Positions 24,659 through 37,611 of a DNA stretch of 64,000 bases are shown here, one piece after another. The stretch is from Raja brachyura (Eukaryota): assembly GCA_963514005.1 (NCBI GenBank), contig OY740782.1:28148001-28212000 (forward strand), written 5' to 3'. The notes under the pieces are model-generated. The model made no database searches, had not been told where the DNA came from, and saw nothing but the letters and a program-made list of their open reading frames with translations. Position numbers and translations under genes: made by a program. Every line of letters starts with the position of its first letter. The first letter of the stretch is position 1.

Positions 24659-27084
24659 ATGGTTGCTTTATTTTATATTATCGATTTATATTATCGATTT
24701 ATGTTATCATTTGATATCATTATCACTTTTGTTGTAAAATTTTTCCCCTGGGATAGAGGGGTTATTATTTAAAAAAATGTTCTTTTTATGATTAAAAGAC
24801 ATTGCATAAATTGAAACAATGTTTTTAAAAATATTATTTACTCACTACTGTATTGACTAAACAGAGTGTCGTATGGAATGAATCTACGACATAAAAAACA
24901 AAGAGCTTTAAAATCTTCACGTAGTCACTCACGTGACTCCGAAGTAAAATAGTAAGATTAAACGAGAACTTACCTGTTCGAAGTTTGATCTTTATTTTAT
25001 GAGGAGTTACGATGAGGGATTACGTGCCCTCCGCTCCCAGCCCTCATAATATAAATGATCATCTGGTAGTTCTAGTCTATGTTGAGCCTTACTATCTTAC
25101 TCCGGCTATTGGTTCTGTGTTTTTCATGCCGCTGCTTTGAAGTGTGCCGATCAAGCGCCAGGCGGGACTTCTTCACGTAATTCCTCATCGTAACTCCTCA
25201 TAAAATAAAGATCAAACTTCGAACAGGTAAGTTCTCGTTTAATCTTACTATTAGAAATATGACAACTTAATGTTTTGGATGTATTTGGAGAACTATGGAA
25301 ACCGAGCCGGAGTTTTGTGTTTACCCCCTGGCTGTAAGGGTCAAGGTTCAGAGGTAAGAGGATGGGTAAAACTTTGTCCAAAGCTCATTCAGCAACACAT
25401 CAAATTCAAAGAGACTGACCCTCTCGAGCTTCTTCCCTCACTTGTAAGTGACAAACTGTTTGAAAAAATTTTATGGCAGCAATAATACATTTTCCACAGG
25501 GCACAGAGATATTCACAGAGTATTTAGGTCTGGTGAATGCCCAAATATGAAAGCAATTCCAGGAGCCCATAGCTTAATGCCATCACTTTTCTCTCCCCCC
25601 TGTGGCACAGTATTCTGGATCACAGTTTGCCGTGACTGATAATAATAGTGGCTGGGAGAATGGATGAGTGAGCATAGCGAGTTATTACTCTCCGAGCTTA
25701 TAGTAACTTCCCCAGCAATATTTGCATTTTTCCTGAGAGCAGATTGAATGCTTACAAGACAGTAATGCATTTATCACCTTGGCAGCTAAACTTGCCCTTC
25801 ATATTAGACAAAGGAACCCAAATCTGTAATCTGCTCTGTTTTCCTTCTTGCAGCTAAAATAAAAAAAAACTTGTTTTAAAATTAATGGGTGCCTTTGGTG
25901 ACTTCATGGCTGTACCAAACACAGCTTTGATCACATTAAGTTTCATCACATTAAGAGTTGTTCAATCTCGACTACGTCCTGCCCTTCCTCCTCTATCATC
26001 CTACAGCTGAAGCTAAACCTACCAATCACCCCATTAGTACGCTTGTCAGGGCCCTGGTTTATAAGAGAGGTTTAGTGTTGTTGCCCTCAATCAGTTGCCT
26101 CTCATTCACTTACATTAAGCGCCCCATTTTTCAAGCCGAATATAACAAATGGACACTGTAGGTGTTTAATGCACTATTTAAATAAAATGGCTGTACTATT
26201 TCTTTCTAAATTGAAATTATTTGTCATGAAATTATGACTGTTCAGTCAGCTTCAAAATATGTATTAGTATTATCCATCAACCCTCGGTTTCTTGTGCTTG
26301 CATTAACACTTGAACCTCATTTCTGCTGGATTTGCAATACAAGTGGTGGACAAATTAAATCAGGTTCGTGAAATTCTGATTAAGTGATCCCAAATTAAAA
26401 TATTTTGTAAGATAGTTTTTTAAATTTTTGAACATGCACGATCTGCTTTTAATACTGTAATTTGTAACGATCTACAGAGATGTCAGCATTCAGATGAATG
26501 AAATGAAATAGATTGCAACCATCTCCTGGAGGACAGTAACTGCTAGGTCAGCCTCTTAGTGGCAGTAACACTGACTGTAAGGCTGAGATGATGAATAGTG
26601 GGCAGATATAATTTCATACGGCTGTCTTTGCCAGCTGAAGTGCCAAAATACTTAAACTAGCTTTTTCTCTGTTTCAGATCTGTACACAGACTGAAGAGTT
26701 TGTATCCAAGTATACATTGGACAAAATACTTAAGTTACTCTCACACAATAACCAGATTACTGTATCTAGTCACAGTGGCCAATCTAATAATTTTATGTCT
26801 CACTATAATGCAAACACCAATGTGTCTCCCATATTTAACAGACAATTGAACCCTCATTTTATCTCTATTTGCAGTTCACAATGGTCTCTCAGTCATAAAG
26901 TCACTGGGTCACACAGCACGGAAACGGGCCCTTTGGCCCTACTCGCCCATGCTGACATAGTGCCCATCTAAACCAGTCCCATTTGTACATTTTACCCATA
27001 TCCTTCTAATTCTTTCCTATCCATTTTCCTGTCTAAATTATTTTTAAATGTTGTTCTTTGGCATCCCAGCACCTGTACATGGTA

Positions 27085-27955
27085 TCAACAGCATCATCAA
27101 TGATGAGTCGACCTACAGGGAGGAGGTTCAGCTCCTAACAGCATGGTGTGCCGACAATAACCTGGCCCTCAACTCCAAGGAAACCAAGGAGCTCATTGTG
27201 GACTTCAGGAGATCGAGAGGCTGCACGCACACCCCCATCCATATGAACGGGACGGAGGTGGGACGTGTCTCCAGCTTCAGGTTTCTGGGAATCAACATCT
27301 CCGATGACCTCTCCTGGACCCACAACACATCCTCACTAATCAAGAAGGCTCACTAGCGTCTCTTCTTCCTGAGGAGACTTAAGAAGGTCCACCTGTCTCC
27401 CCAGATTCTGGTGAACTTCTACCGCTGCACCATCGAGAGCATCCTTACCAACTGCATCACAGTGTGGTATGGTAACTGCTCTGTTGCCGACCGGAAAGCT
27501 CTGCAGAGGGTGGTGAAGATCGCCCAACGCATCACAGGCTCCTCACTCCCCTCCATTGAGTCTGTTCATAGTAAATGATGCCTGCGCAGGGCGCACAGCA
27601 TCGCCAGGGACAGCTCACACCCCAACCATAGACTGTTTACCCTCCTCCCATCCGGGAGACGCTACAGGTCCCTCCGCTGCCATACCAGCAGGCTCAAGAA
27701 CAGCTTCTTCCCTGCGGCTGTCACACTTCTCAACGCTGCACCTTAATGACTGCCTGTCTCCACCCCTCCCCCCTCCACCCCCGGACACTGTATATGTATA
27801 AATGTATATTAACTCATACTACTGTGCAATACTCACACTACAGCGCAATTACTTGTTGATTCGTAAGTTCGCCCTTCGGAGGTACCAACTGCATTACGTT
27901 GTCTCTGTATTGTACACTGCACAATGACAATTAAAGATTGAATTGAATTGAATTT
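27085..27955 (+). mobile_element. Rex/Babar-like LINE 3' part
   Basis: DESTYREEVQLLTAWCADNNLALNSKETKELIVDFRR..FRFLGINISDDLSW; (GAATT)n tail. Confidence 0.88.
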
Positions 27956-27973
27956 GCCCTAAACATTATGGAG

Positions 27974-29412
27974 GGCACTGTACAACCCAATGGGATGAAC
28001 AATGAATTCTCCAACATTTGGAAACATCCAACCTCTAGCAATGTTACAAAATTTTGAGATTTAAAAAATCAAGTCTGCAATTTATCCCATCAGATAAAGC
28101 ATAAAAAGAAGTTTAATTTGACACCTAATTTACTTTCATATCTTCAGTATTAAGAAAGTTATGGCCATTTTCATACTCGGAAATTAGCATCTTGCTCCCC
28201 ATTGCCTTTCAATTGACTTAACTCAAAAGCTGTGATCTGGAAAAGTTAAAAGCCCATAACTTTCTTAAAAATTAAGAGAACTCAATGAAATTTTCAGTTA
28301 TTATAGATTGAAGCATTCTGAAACAAATATGAAACAATCTTACTTGGATGAGCTGAAATTAAAGCATATAATTAGTTAGTTATCTAATTGTAGCTAATTA
28401 CAAAATTCAATGAGTAGATCTAAACATCTATCCATTTATTAAGAAAAGATAAACTTTTTTTAAATTGCCTAAGTGTCCAAATAACATTCACACAATAATC
28501 CACAATATAACATAATTTTTAAATCTCATTTTCATGAATTTCTGGGCCAAATGGAAGGAATTTAGTGTTTGATTTCTGTAAATTAATGGCCATTTAAATG
28601 AACTAGCGAGTGGGTTTTAGTGGAATGCGGTGGATTGGAACGTTGCGGTTAGCGGTGAAGTCGGGAGGAAAAATACTGTTTGTTCATACATTTTTTGGGA
28701 CCCCATTTCGCAACATAAAAATATTATTAAAGCCTCCCGAAAAACCAACTTTGAATATAAAAATAAACTATTTACCTTTTCTTCTCCCCTACGCAAAATC
28801 CTTCCGGTTATCAGTTCTCACGGCTTTTGAAGGTGATTTTTAAATTACTCTAGTTAATAAATAATTTAGAGTAATTTAAAAATACCTTCATTCATGAAAT
28901 GTTGGAGCGATTTTTCTTCCGCAACCAAATCGCCCGACATTCATCGATTTGTCCTGCCTGTGGAAAAACGGCTCTTTAAGCCCGCCCCCCTCTGAAAGGC
29001 GCCAAAGTCGCGCACACGGGGAGCGGCAGAACTGCAGCGCTGCTCAAGGTAAGTTTTGCAACATTCCTACTACCTCCCCCTGCCAACCCCCCCACCCAAC
29101 CACCTCTCCTGTGGCCCCATGTGAAGATGCCCATTTCTTCCCTTCTCCTCCCACATTTTTGGCTTCACAATTTGCAACTCTTTGATCCTTCTGTCTCACA
29201 CCTTTAATCTTTGTTCCAACCCATCTGCCTATCAAACCCCCCCTCGCCTGTGTCCATCTATAACCTGCCACGCTTTGTCGTGCCCTCCTCTCTTCCTACT
29301 TTCTTCTTCCCCCCCCCCCCCACATCAGTCTGAAAAGGGGTTCTGACACAAAACATCACCTACCCATGTTCTCCAGAGGTGCTGCCTGACCCACTGAGCT
29401 ACTCCAGCACTG
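27974..29412 (+). mobile_element. Penelope ORF end plus 3' pLTR, split by a DNA transposon
   Basis: 27974-28020 encodes GTVQPNGMNNEFSN (PLE GIY-YIG C-terminal G.LQP.GMN.EF). 29070-29412 is pyrimidine-rich UTR ending in a CTGAAAA..GGTT..CAAAAC hammerhead-like core and the shared pLTR tail. Confidence 0.7.
28036..29069. mobile_element. Non-autonomous TIR DNA transposon (superfamily unassigned)
   Basis: TIRs TAGCAATGTTACAAAA / TTTTGCAACATTCCTA; flanks CAACCTC / CTACCTC. Confidence 0.75.
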
Positions 29413-29683
29413 TATGTCCTGCTGTGAACCTGTTCTGATGATACGAAAATTAAAGCGAATACTGGTCCTTTCTGTGGCAGGAGTAGATTTGCACTTTAAC
29501 CAGCCTCTGAAGCACTTTATAAAGATGGATATGTGCTACTATCTGGTAGTCATTGAGGCAGCGCACCATATAATAAGCTACAAACTGACCAGCTGAATTA
29601 CTCCAGCATTTTATGACTATCTTTGTTTTAAACCAGCATCTGCAGTTCCTTCCTACACACCTTGTAACAATAACTTTGTTTAA

Positions 29684-29970
29684 AGGGCCTGCCCCGTGAT
29701 GCATGTCAACCAAGAGCTCTCCTGAGTTTTAAAAAAAGCAAATTTGTGGTACCTCATCACGAGTATTTTTTTACTCTTGGAAATTTTTCACACTGTTGAA
29801 AAAACGTCACGAGTTTCACGGGTACCTGCCGTTAGCATTACGAGCCGCTACAAGACATCCACGAGCTCCGACGTACCCGCTACATACATTCTACGTACCT
29901 ACCACGAGTTTGATTTTTTTTTTAAACTCGAGAGAGCTCTTGGGTGAACTCACATTGTGGGGCAGCCCCT
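29684..29970. mobile_element. PIF/Harbinger-type MITE
   Basis: AGGGCCTGCCCC / GGGGCAGCCCCT ends; TAA TSD on both sides. Confidence 0.8.
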
Positions 29971-31044
29971 TAAATCCCCAATCGGGAGACAAGTGCGAAT
30001 CCAAGAAGCAGAATGCTGATTCCCTCTTGGTTCCTCCCCTTCAAAAAGGCGACTTAAATATCCAAGAAACAGCAAGACCGGCATTATTATGCCCCAACAA
30101 TGTTGGTGACTTCCAAAAGACTCCTGTCTGACTTTCTGTTGGAAACAAAGTGAAGCCTGAAATGTAATTCAGTGGTGTGATACCTATTGCAATATAATTG
30201 CTTTACATTTTAGAGTTAAGCGCAAATCAAAGACCATTTAAAGTCATGCAATCAAAAATAGCACCAACGCACAGTATGGATTTATAACTAAAAGATGGCT
30301 GGGTTAAGGAATATTTCCTTTGTTATATTTTACAGCAATACTCAATTTGCCAATGAGTGACTAAACACACCATGAATATATATTTTACTTGGTTTTTAAT
30401 TACAGAGGAACATTCGTGGATATTATGTGGAGGTATTAAGATAATGAGTGATTAAATCTTACTACGATTGGACAAATGTCTTCAAGGTGGCAATAATAAA
30501 TGGAGATTTTCTTCCTTAAAACCTTAAACTTTACAAATTTACAAATTCAAGATTATAAATTTCAGTCACAATGAGCAAACGATAACTCATATTTTTGTCC
30601 TCATTCTATCTTTACTCAGAGCTATACACCATACTGCATCTTATGTTCAACAAATAATTTTGCCGCCTAACTTATTTTCAGTGTGTCCACTGTCAGTGGT
30701 AAGCCATCATTCATTTTTACCTGAAGTGAATGATCAGGAGAATTGGAGCCATGGATCGCTTCCTATTCTTCCCCAATGCGATTCGCAGGAGTTGTGATGC
30801 TATCATAATATTGCTATTTTTAAAAATCTCCTGACAATGTGCCTCTATAAATTAACTACATGCATTGATCTTTGCACTTTTACAATTGAGAAAGGCTGGT
30901 TCTTTGTGACAATAATAACCCCAGGGCGGATGCTATCAAACTGACATAAGTTGGAGCACAATAAAAATAGATACTGTATGTTGGAAATGTGCAATAACAT
31001 CTGTGGGGAAACAGTCACCTTTGAGATCGATGATCCTTTGGACT

Positions 31045-31198
31045 TTAAACTTGCTTTAGACATAAGATACAGTGGGGTAACCTGCCCTTCGGGCCACCCA
31101 ATCCACGCCAACGAGCGATCACCCGTACACTAACGCCATCCTACACCCTAGGGACAATTTTATAATATTTTAACCACAGTCAATTAACTGGCAAACCT
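31045..31198 (-). mobile_element. HE1-like SINE 3' part
   Basis: GCCCTTCGGGCCACCCAATCCACGCC..CCTACACCCTAGGGACAATTT matches the other SINE copies. Confidence 0.65.
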
Positions 31199-31199
31199 A

Positions 31200-32610
31200 A
31201 GAAAGGAGGGAAAGAGAAAACAGGGAATTTTAGACCAGTTAGCCTTACATTGGTAATGGGGAAAATGCTCGAGTCGATTGTTAAAAATGTTACAGCAGCA
31301 CATTTGGAAAGCAGTGACAGGATCGGTCAAAGTCTGCATGGATTTATGAAGGTGAAATCATGCTTGACTAATTTTCTGGAATTTTATGACGATGTAACAA
31401 GTAGAATGGATAAGGGAGAGCCAGTGGATTTGGTGTATCTGGACTTTGACAAGGTTCCACACAAGAGTTTAGTGTGCAAAATTGATGCACATGGTATTGG
31501 GGGTAAGGTACTGACATGGATAGAGAACTGGTTGGCAGACAGGAGTAGAGTAGGAATTAATGGGTCTTTTTCAGATGGGAGGGAGTGACTAGTGGGGTTC
31601 CACAAGGCTCAGTGTTGTGCCCCCAGTTATTTACAATATATATTAATGATTTAGATGAGGAAATTAAATGTGACATCTCCAAGTTTGCGGATGACACAAA
31701 GCTGGGTGGCAGTGTGAGCTAAGAATAGGATGTTATGAGTCTGCAGGGTGACTTGGATAGGTTGTGTGAGTGGGCAGATGCATGGCAGATGCAGTATAAT
31801 GTGGATAAATATGAGGTTATCCACTTTGGTGGCAAGAACAGGAAGGCAGATTATTATATGAATGGTGTCGGATTAGGAAAAGTGGAGGTGCAACGAGACC
31901 TGGGTGTGCTTGAACATCAGTCACTGAAAGTAAGCATGCAGGTACAGCAGGCAGTGAAGAAAACTAATGGCATGTTGTCCTTCATTGCGAGAGGATTTGA
32001 ATTTAGGAGCAAAGAAGTCCTACTGCAGTTGTACAGGGCCCTGGTTAGACCGCACCTGGAGTATTGTGTGCAATTTTGGTCTCCTAATTTGAGGGAGGAC
32101 ATTATTGCTATTGAGAGAGTGCAGCATAGGTTCACCAGGTTAACTCCCGAGATGCAGGACTGACATATGATTAAAGAATCGGTCCACTGGGCTTGTATTC
32201 ACTGGAATTTAGAAGGATGAGAGGGGATCTCATAGAAACATATAACATTCTTAGAGGATTGGACAGGCTAGATGCAGGAAAAAAAATTCCCGATGCAAGG
32301 GGAACCCAGAACCAGGGGTCACAGTTTATTAATAAGGGGTATATTTAGAACTGAGATAATGGAAAACTTCTTCACCCAGAATTCTCTGCCACAGAAGGCA
32401 TTGGAGGCCAATTCAAGGATGTTTTCAAGAGAGAGTTAGATTTAGCTCTTAGTGCTAAGGGAATTAGGGGATATGGGGGAAAAAGCAGGAACAGGGTACT
32501 GGTTTTAGATGATCAGCCATGATCGTATTGAATAGTGGTGCTGGCTCAAAGGGCTGAATGGCCTACTCCTGCATCTATTTTTCTATGTTTCTATGTTCTA
32601 TTTTTCTATG
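31200..32610 (+). mobile_element. CR1 LINE ORF2 RT region to 3' end (decayed)
   Basis: [57 protein letters not shown]; TTCTATG tail. Confidence 0.92.
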
Positions 32611-32611
32611 A

Positions 32612-32742
32612 AACCAGAACACCCGTAGAAAATCTACGCAGTCACAGGGAGAATGTACAAACTGTACAGACAGCACCCGTAGTCAGGATCGAACCCAGGT
32701 CTCTGATGCTGCAAGGCAGCAACTCTACCGCTGCGCCACCCT
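32612..32742 (-). mobile_element. HE1-like SINE 5' part
   Basis: Reverse complement GGTGGCGCAGCGGTAGAGTTGCTGCC..CCTGGGTTCGATCCTGAC (A and B boxes). Confidence 0.75.
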
Positions 32743-33949
32743 AAAAACATGAAACATTAACATATATGAAACATTAACTACAGATGTTGCCCGACATGCT
32801 GCGTATTTCTAACATTTTCTGGTTTCCCAGCATCCGTAATAAGTTTGTTTTGGATCAGTTGGGCACCACTTACTCCTACTTTCTTAGCACAGCAACTCCC
32901 GACCTGGAATGTCACCTATCCAGGTTCTCCAGAGATGCTGCCTGACCCGCTCAGTTACTCCAGCACTTTGTGTCTTCATTTATAAACCAACATCTACAGT
33001 TCCTTCTTTCTACGCTTCCGCTGATGCTGACAAACTAATGCAATCCTCAACTATTGTAATATTTGCACCACCAGAAAAATCTATTGCGTCAGTAGTTTTG
33101 CTGGTCATGTTATGTTGTCCCTAGTATAGGTGGGAGGTAAAATCTGCAGGGAGTTTTTGTGATTGCATAGTGTAATGTAAATGGACTAGTGCAAATGAGT
33201 GATTGATGCTCAGTGCAAACTTAATGGGCCAAATTGCCTGTTTCTGTGTTGGTTACTCTCAAAGACACAATGAATACATGTAATCTAATTAATTATTACT
33301 GAAATAATAAATTAAAAATATGCATACAAGTTGTTCTACTCTATAAAGGTTCACTATTTTTTTTAAATGGTAAAATTATTCAATTTGTCCAATTGTAGTA
33401 TCTAATTTGAAATGATATTCAATTTCCTTTTAAGGCCACTTAGAGACCTCTCGAGGCTAATTCAGATGATTAGTTTCATCATTACTAAACATTTTAAAAA
33501 AAACTTTTATACGATCAGTGTCAAATAAAATTAATTGGATTGCAAAAGCATCTGTTTTTTTGGTTACAAGTCCTTAAAGATCTGCTAATTCAATAATTGA
33601 AGTGAGTTATATTACGACACGAAGGAATGTCCAACAATAATACAACCAAATACTCAAGGGGACATAGTAAACTGAAGCTCAAATTAATCGACAGAATCTA
33701 GAGTGTTTATTTTCCAATGTAAATTAAAGTTAAGAGAAAAAGAGAAAAACCCTAATGGCATAACTGTTAAATGACGCCTTCTCTAAATCTTCACTAATGG
33801 AAAACGTTCTGTGACCAGTGAATCAATTATGCTTGCAGCTGACCTCAGATAAAGCAGCCTGCAAACAACACTGTTACTGCCAGGCATTAGTTCAAAAGCA
33901 AATTATAATCTAAAGAACAGCAAAAGCTGGGCATTGCAAGTTTAAATAT

Positions 33950-34265
33950 TAGACATTGAAATAGGTCCTTTGGCCCACCGAGGCCTCACAGATCATTGAC
34001 CAGTAACACTAGTTCACACTAGTTGTAGGTCTTCTCACTTTCACATCCACTCCCTATACATTTGGGAGAAATTTACTGAGGGCAATCAACCTACAAACAT
34101 GCACGTCTTTGCGATGTAGGAGGAAACCGGAGCACCCAGATAAAACCCACGTGGTTGGAGGAAGACCATTCACACTCCACACAGACAGCAGTCGAATTCA
34201 AGATAAAACCCAGGTCTCTGACACTGTGAGGAAGCAACTCGATCAGCTGCACCACTGTGCCGCCC
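33950..34265 (-). mobile_element. HE1-like SINE
   Basis: Reverse complement starts GGGCGGCACAGTGGTGCAGC; core GGAGGAAACCGGAGCACCC. Confidence 0.78.
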
Positions 34266-36321
34266 TTATAATAATAAATCCGAAATAAAATACGGGAAAA
34301 CCTAGCAAGCTGATCTGCACACAGCTGATCTTAAATACAATACTGAAATAATGATCAGATAATATTTCTTTAGGTGTTAGCTGAGGGATAAATATTAAGC
34401 AAGAAGCTGGGAAAATCTCATCTGTTCTTCAAAATAGAGCCTTGGGAATTTTTATGATCACTCAAAAGGGTAGTCAGGGCTTATAAAAGTACTTGCTGTA
34501 AAACAGAACTCTTAAAGGTCATGCCTTTCACTGGCTGGAGTGATAAACCATCCCTTCTTAACTTCAAGAAAATAGTGGAAAACACTGCCTATCTTCCCTA
34601 GGATTGCCTGACTAATACAAGGCATAGGATCTCCACTCTCCTGCTTTACACAGAGAAAATACGTGTACTGGCTTCGACCATGATGCAAAGAACATCACAC
34701 AAAGAAATACCCTGAAACTCAAGATTGTTTTAAATTTCAACATCAACTCAACACCTGAATGATATGGCTGTGATCAGAAGGGAGGTGTATGTGGAACTAC
34801 GTCCTCCCTACCATTCAAAACTGCCCATCAATTCCCACACAGGAGCTGCCTGATACTGTCTAAGATAAGAAAGCTATTCCGGATACAATTTATTTAATTT
34901 TTGTTAAATTGTATGACGTTTGTATTTAATGGAAATTTAATATGTGACTGCCAGCAAAAGCTAACCAACTCCTTCAGAGAGCTTAAAAATTAAAAAAAAT
35001 GCTATGCTGGAAATCTAAAATAAAATTTGAAAGTGCTGGCAACTGCAACAGGTCAGACAGCTCTGCCTTATGATCATGGCTGAATTACTTTTCCCACTCA
35101 ATCCCATTCTCCTGCTTTCATCCCCGTAAACGTTGACTTACTAATCAAGAAACTATCAATCTCTGCTTTAAAAACACCTAGTGACTTGGTCTCCACAGCT
35201 GACGGTAGCAATGAATTCCACAGATTCACACCTTCTACTCCGAAAGAAAGGAAGCCAATTTTTTTATTTCCATAATGCTGACCAAGGGGAAATTGGATAG
35301 CCTAACGGCTAACGTTTTATTCTTTTTTTTAAACTAAACTTGCAATTGTGGTGTATAATAGTTTGGACTTAGAATTTCTCCCCCTAACCGTGGATGATTA
35401 CTGGCTTAATCAATAAAAGGACAACCATTAACCCCATGTGGAAGCCCGCCACTGACATATCAGAATTCTCCACGCTACCTCACTGGAATTAAAACAAAAT
35501 ACTGAACAAAGTCCATGCTACACATTTTGAAATATTAAAAACATAGAATTTCATATTTACTAATTGTCACCACTTGCAAACAAGACTAGATGGTAAATTA
35601 AAATCATTTTAATACAAAATAATCAAAAATATTATGCTGTTCCTATATTGGGAAAAATACAAAGAGCCACATTTATTACAGGGAAATATATTCAGGTTGG
35701 TAATTAGGAAAATCATACTTTATTTTTTCTTGATTTACTGCTGGTGAAGAAGAATAGAGGTTACATTAAAAAGAAGGTGAAACATCGTTTTTTGTTGTTA
35801 GCAAAGACCGTGTCCTGTTTGTCCTTGGTAAAAGAAAACAAATATCTAACAGCTACCTTTCAAAATGATTTATTGGGTGTTATTGTTGGTCTGTTCAATA
35901 ATGTTCAATACTAAGAACCATTGCTTTCCAGTCATTCTCCTCCTTCAGGTTTATTGTGCAGTTTATTCATCTTCAAATAGTTTAATTGGTGTTTTAAAAA
36001 AAGCAAAGCGTAACTATCTTCATTATTCATGGTATTCACAAGGAAAAGCATACAATAAAACATTAACATCCATTGTCTACAATTAAAAGAAAAATTAGAG
36101 TACTCTTGTAAATGGTTTTGTGTGACCATATTCAGTTAATTATCAAAATCAATGCCTAGTAATGCCTGGAATCGTAGATTTCTTAAAATGCTGCAGAAGC
36201 CATTCAATTCTGTGCTGACTCTTTACAATATAATACAATCACTCCCACTCTGCTGCTCTGTCCCAACAGCACTGCACCTTTTTATCTGTATCTATCACAA
36301 TATGCTCAATTACATGCCGAT

Positions 36322-36635
36322 GGTTGTACAGTTGCGCAGTGGTAGTGTTGCTGTCTAAAAGCATCAGAGACCTGGGTTCGATACCGACTGCGGGGTACTT
36401 GGCTGTACGGAGTTTGTACATTCTCCCCGTGACCAGGCTGGGCTCTCTTCGCGATCTACGGTTTCCTCCCACACACAAAGACGTACAGATTTGAAGGTTA
36501 ATTCGCTTGGTTTAAATGGAAATTGTCCTAGTGTGTATAGGATAGTGCAAGTGTGCAGGGATCGTTGGTCGGCGTGGACTGGGTGGCTGAAGGGCCTGAA
36601 TTAGTGCTGTATCTCTAAACTAAATTAAACTAAAC
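36322..36635 (+). mobile_element. HE1-like SINE
   Basis: B box GGGTTCGATACC; core GGTTTCCTCCCACAC; tail CTGTATCTCTAAACTAAATTAAACTAAAC. Confidence 0.82.
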
Positions 36636-36767
36636 TGCATATCGTATTCCACGGCTGAATCTGCATCCATTATAAAACTTTGGACATTCTAAATCATAAC
36701 CACATTTGAAAGGCCAGTTATGTCCCCATTCCACTGCAAACCTTTCTAACAGCTTTTGAAATCCCAT

Positions 36768-36997
36768 AACATAGAAACATAGAAACATAGAAAATAGGTG
36801 CAGGAGTAGGCCATTCGGCCCTTCGAGCCTGCACCGCCATTCAATGTGATCATGGCTGATCATCCAACTCAGTATCCCGTACCTGCCTTCTCTCCATACC
36901 CCCTGATCCCTTTAGCCACAAGTGCCACATCTAACGCCCTCTTAAATATAGCCAATGAACTGGCCTCAACTACCTTCTGTGGCAGAGAATTCCAGAG
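36768..36997 (-). mobile_element. HER1 3' end
   Basis: (CATAGAAA)3 followed by the reverse complement of the HER1 3' UTR. Confidence 0.92.
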
Positions 36998-37297
36998 ACA
37001 ATCACAACATCACAAAGCACAGCTACCGGGCAAGAAGGACTGTCCCCTGTCAAAGTGAAAACAGCTGGAAATACTTAGCAGGATAGGCAGCATTTATGGA
37101 GAAAGAAACAAACAATCTTTCAGGGTAATAAAGTTTCATCATAAAATGTCATCAGAGCGCAATGCAGACCAGTATAGATAGTAAAAAGAACCAATACAAA
37201 ATAATGTAAAATATTACATTGATCCTGCATTTTAAAAAAAAGCTCCTCATACTACATAGCCCATTGCATCTGATAGGTCATTGACCTCAAACATTAA

Positions 37298-37452
37298 AGG
37301 GCCTGTCTCACTTGGGCGTCATTTGCACGTCATTTACGCGACATTATTTAAGCGTCACGAAGCATGACGCGCACCTCATGACGCGCATGTGATGCGTGCA
37401 TGACACGTGGTGAGGCATGGTGGCACAATGACGCCCAAGTGGGACAGGCCCT
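37298..37452. mobile_element. PIF/Harbinger-type MITE (155 bp, palindromic)
   Basis: AGGGCCTGTCTCACTTGGGCGTCATT / AATGACGCCCAAGTGGGACAGGCCCT; TAA TSD. Confidence 0.88.
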
Positions 37453-37611
37453 TAACTCTGTTACGCTTTCACAGAAACTGCCCGATCTGCTAAATATTTC
37501 CAGCATTTTCTCCTTTTGCCTCAGCAAGTGTCGCTTTTCTTACCAAATCTTTACAAACCTTAGTTTCCAACTTCACGGCGACTGCATACTTACAATGAAC
37601 AATATTTTCAT

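Larger units (their letters stand above)
20761..25252 (+). mobile_element. DIRS-type tyrosine-recombinase retrotransposon (decayed, full termini)
   Basis: Left ITR 20761-20822; right ITR 25145-25179 plus extension to 25250; ICR 24914-25026. RT motifs YKALPNGLSSAPR and MAYLDDILIV; RNase H-like QVDNTTAVAYINHMGG; YR FHSTRAAAAS..ILEAAGW...TFSKFY. Confidence 0.93.

Noticed and set aside
26655-26971. Splice-acceptor-like TTTTTCTCTGTTTCAG followed by an open frame
   Set aside because: The peptide has no recognisable homology, there is no convincing donor, and the frame runs into a CR1 tail. It cannot be supported without RNA-seq.
36322-36400. tRNA gene (also at 45890 and 54972)
   Set aside because: A/B-box heads continue into SINE core and LINE-like tail with no full cloverleaf, so these are tRNA-derived SINEs.
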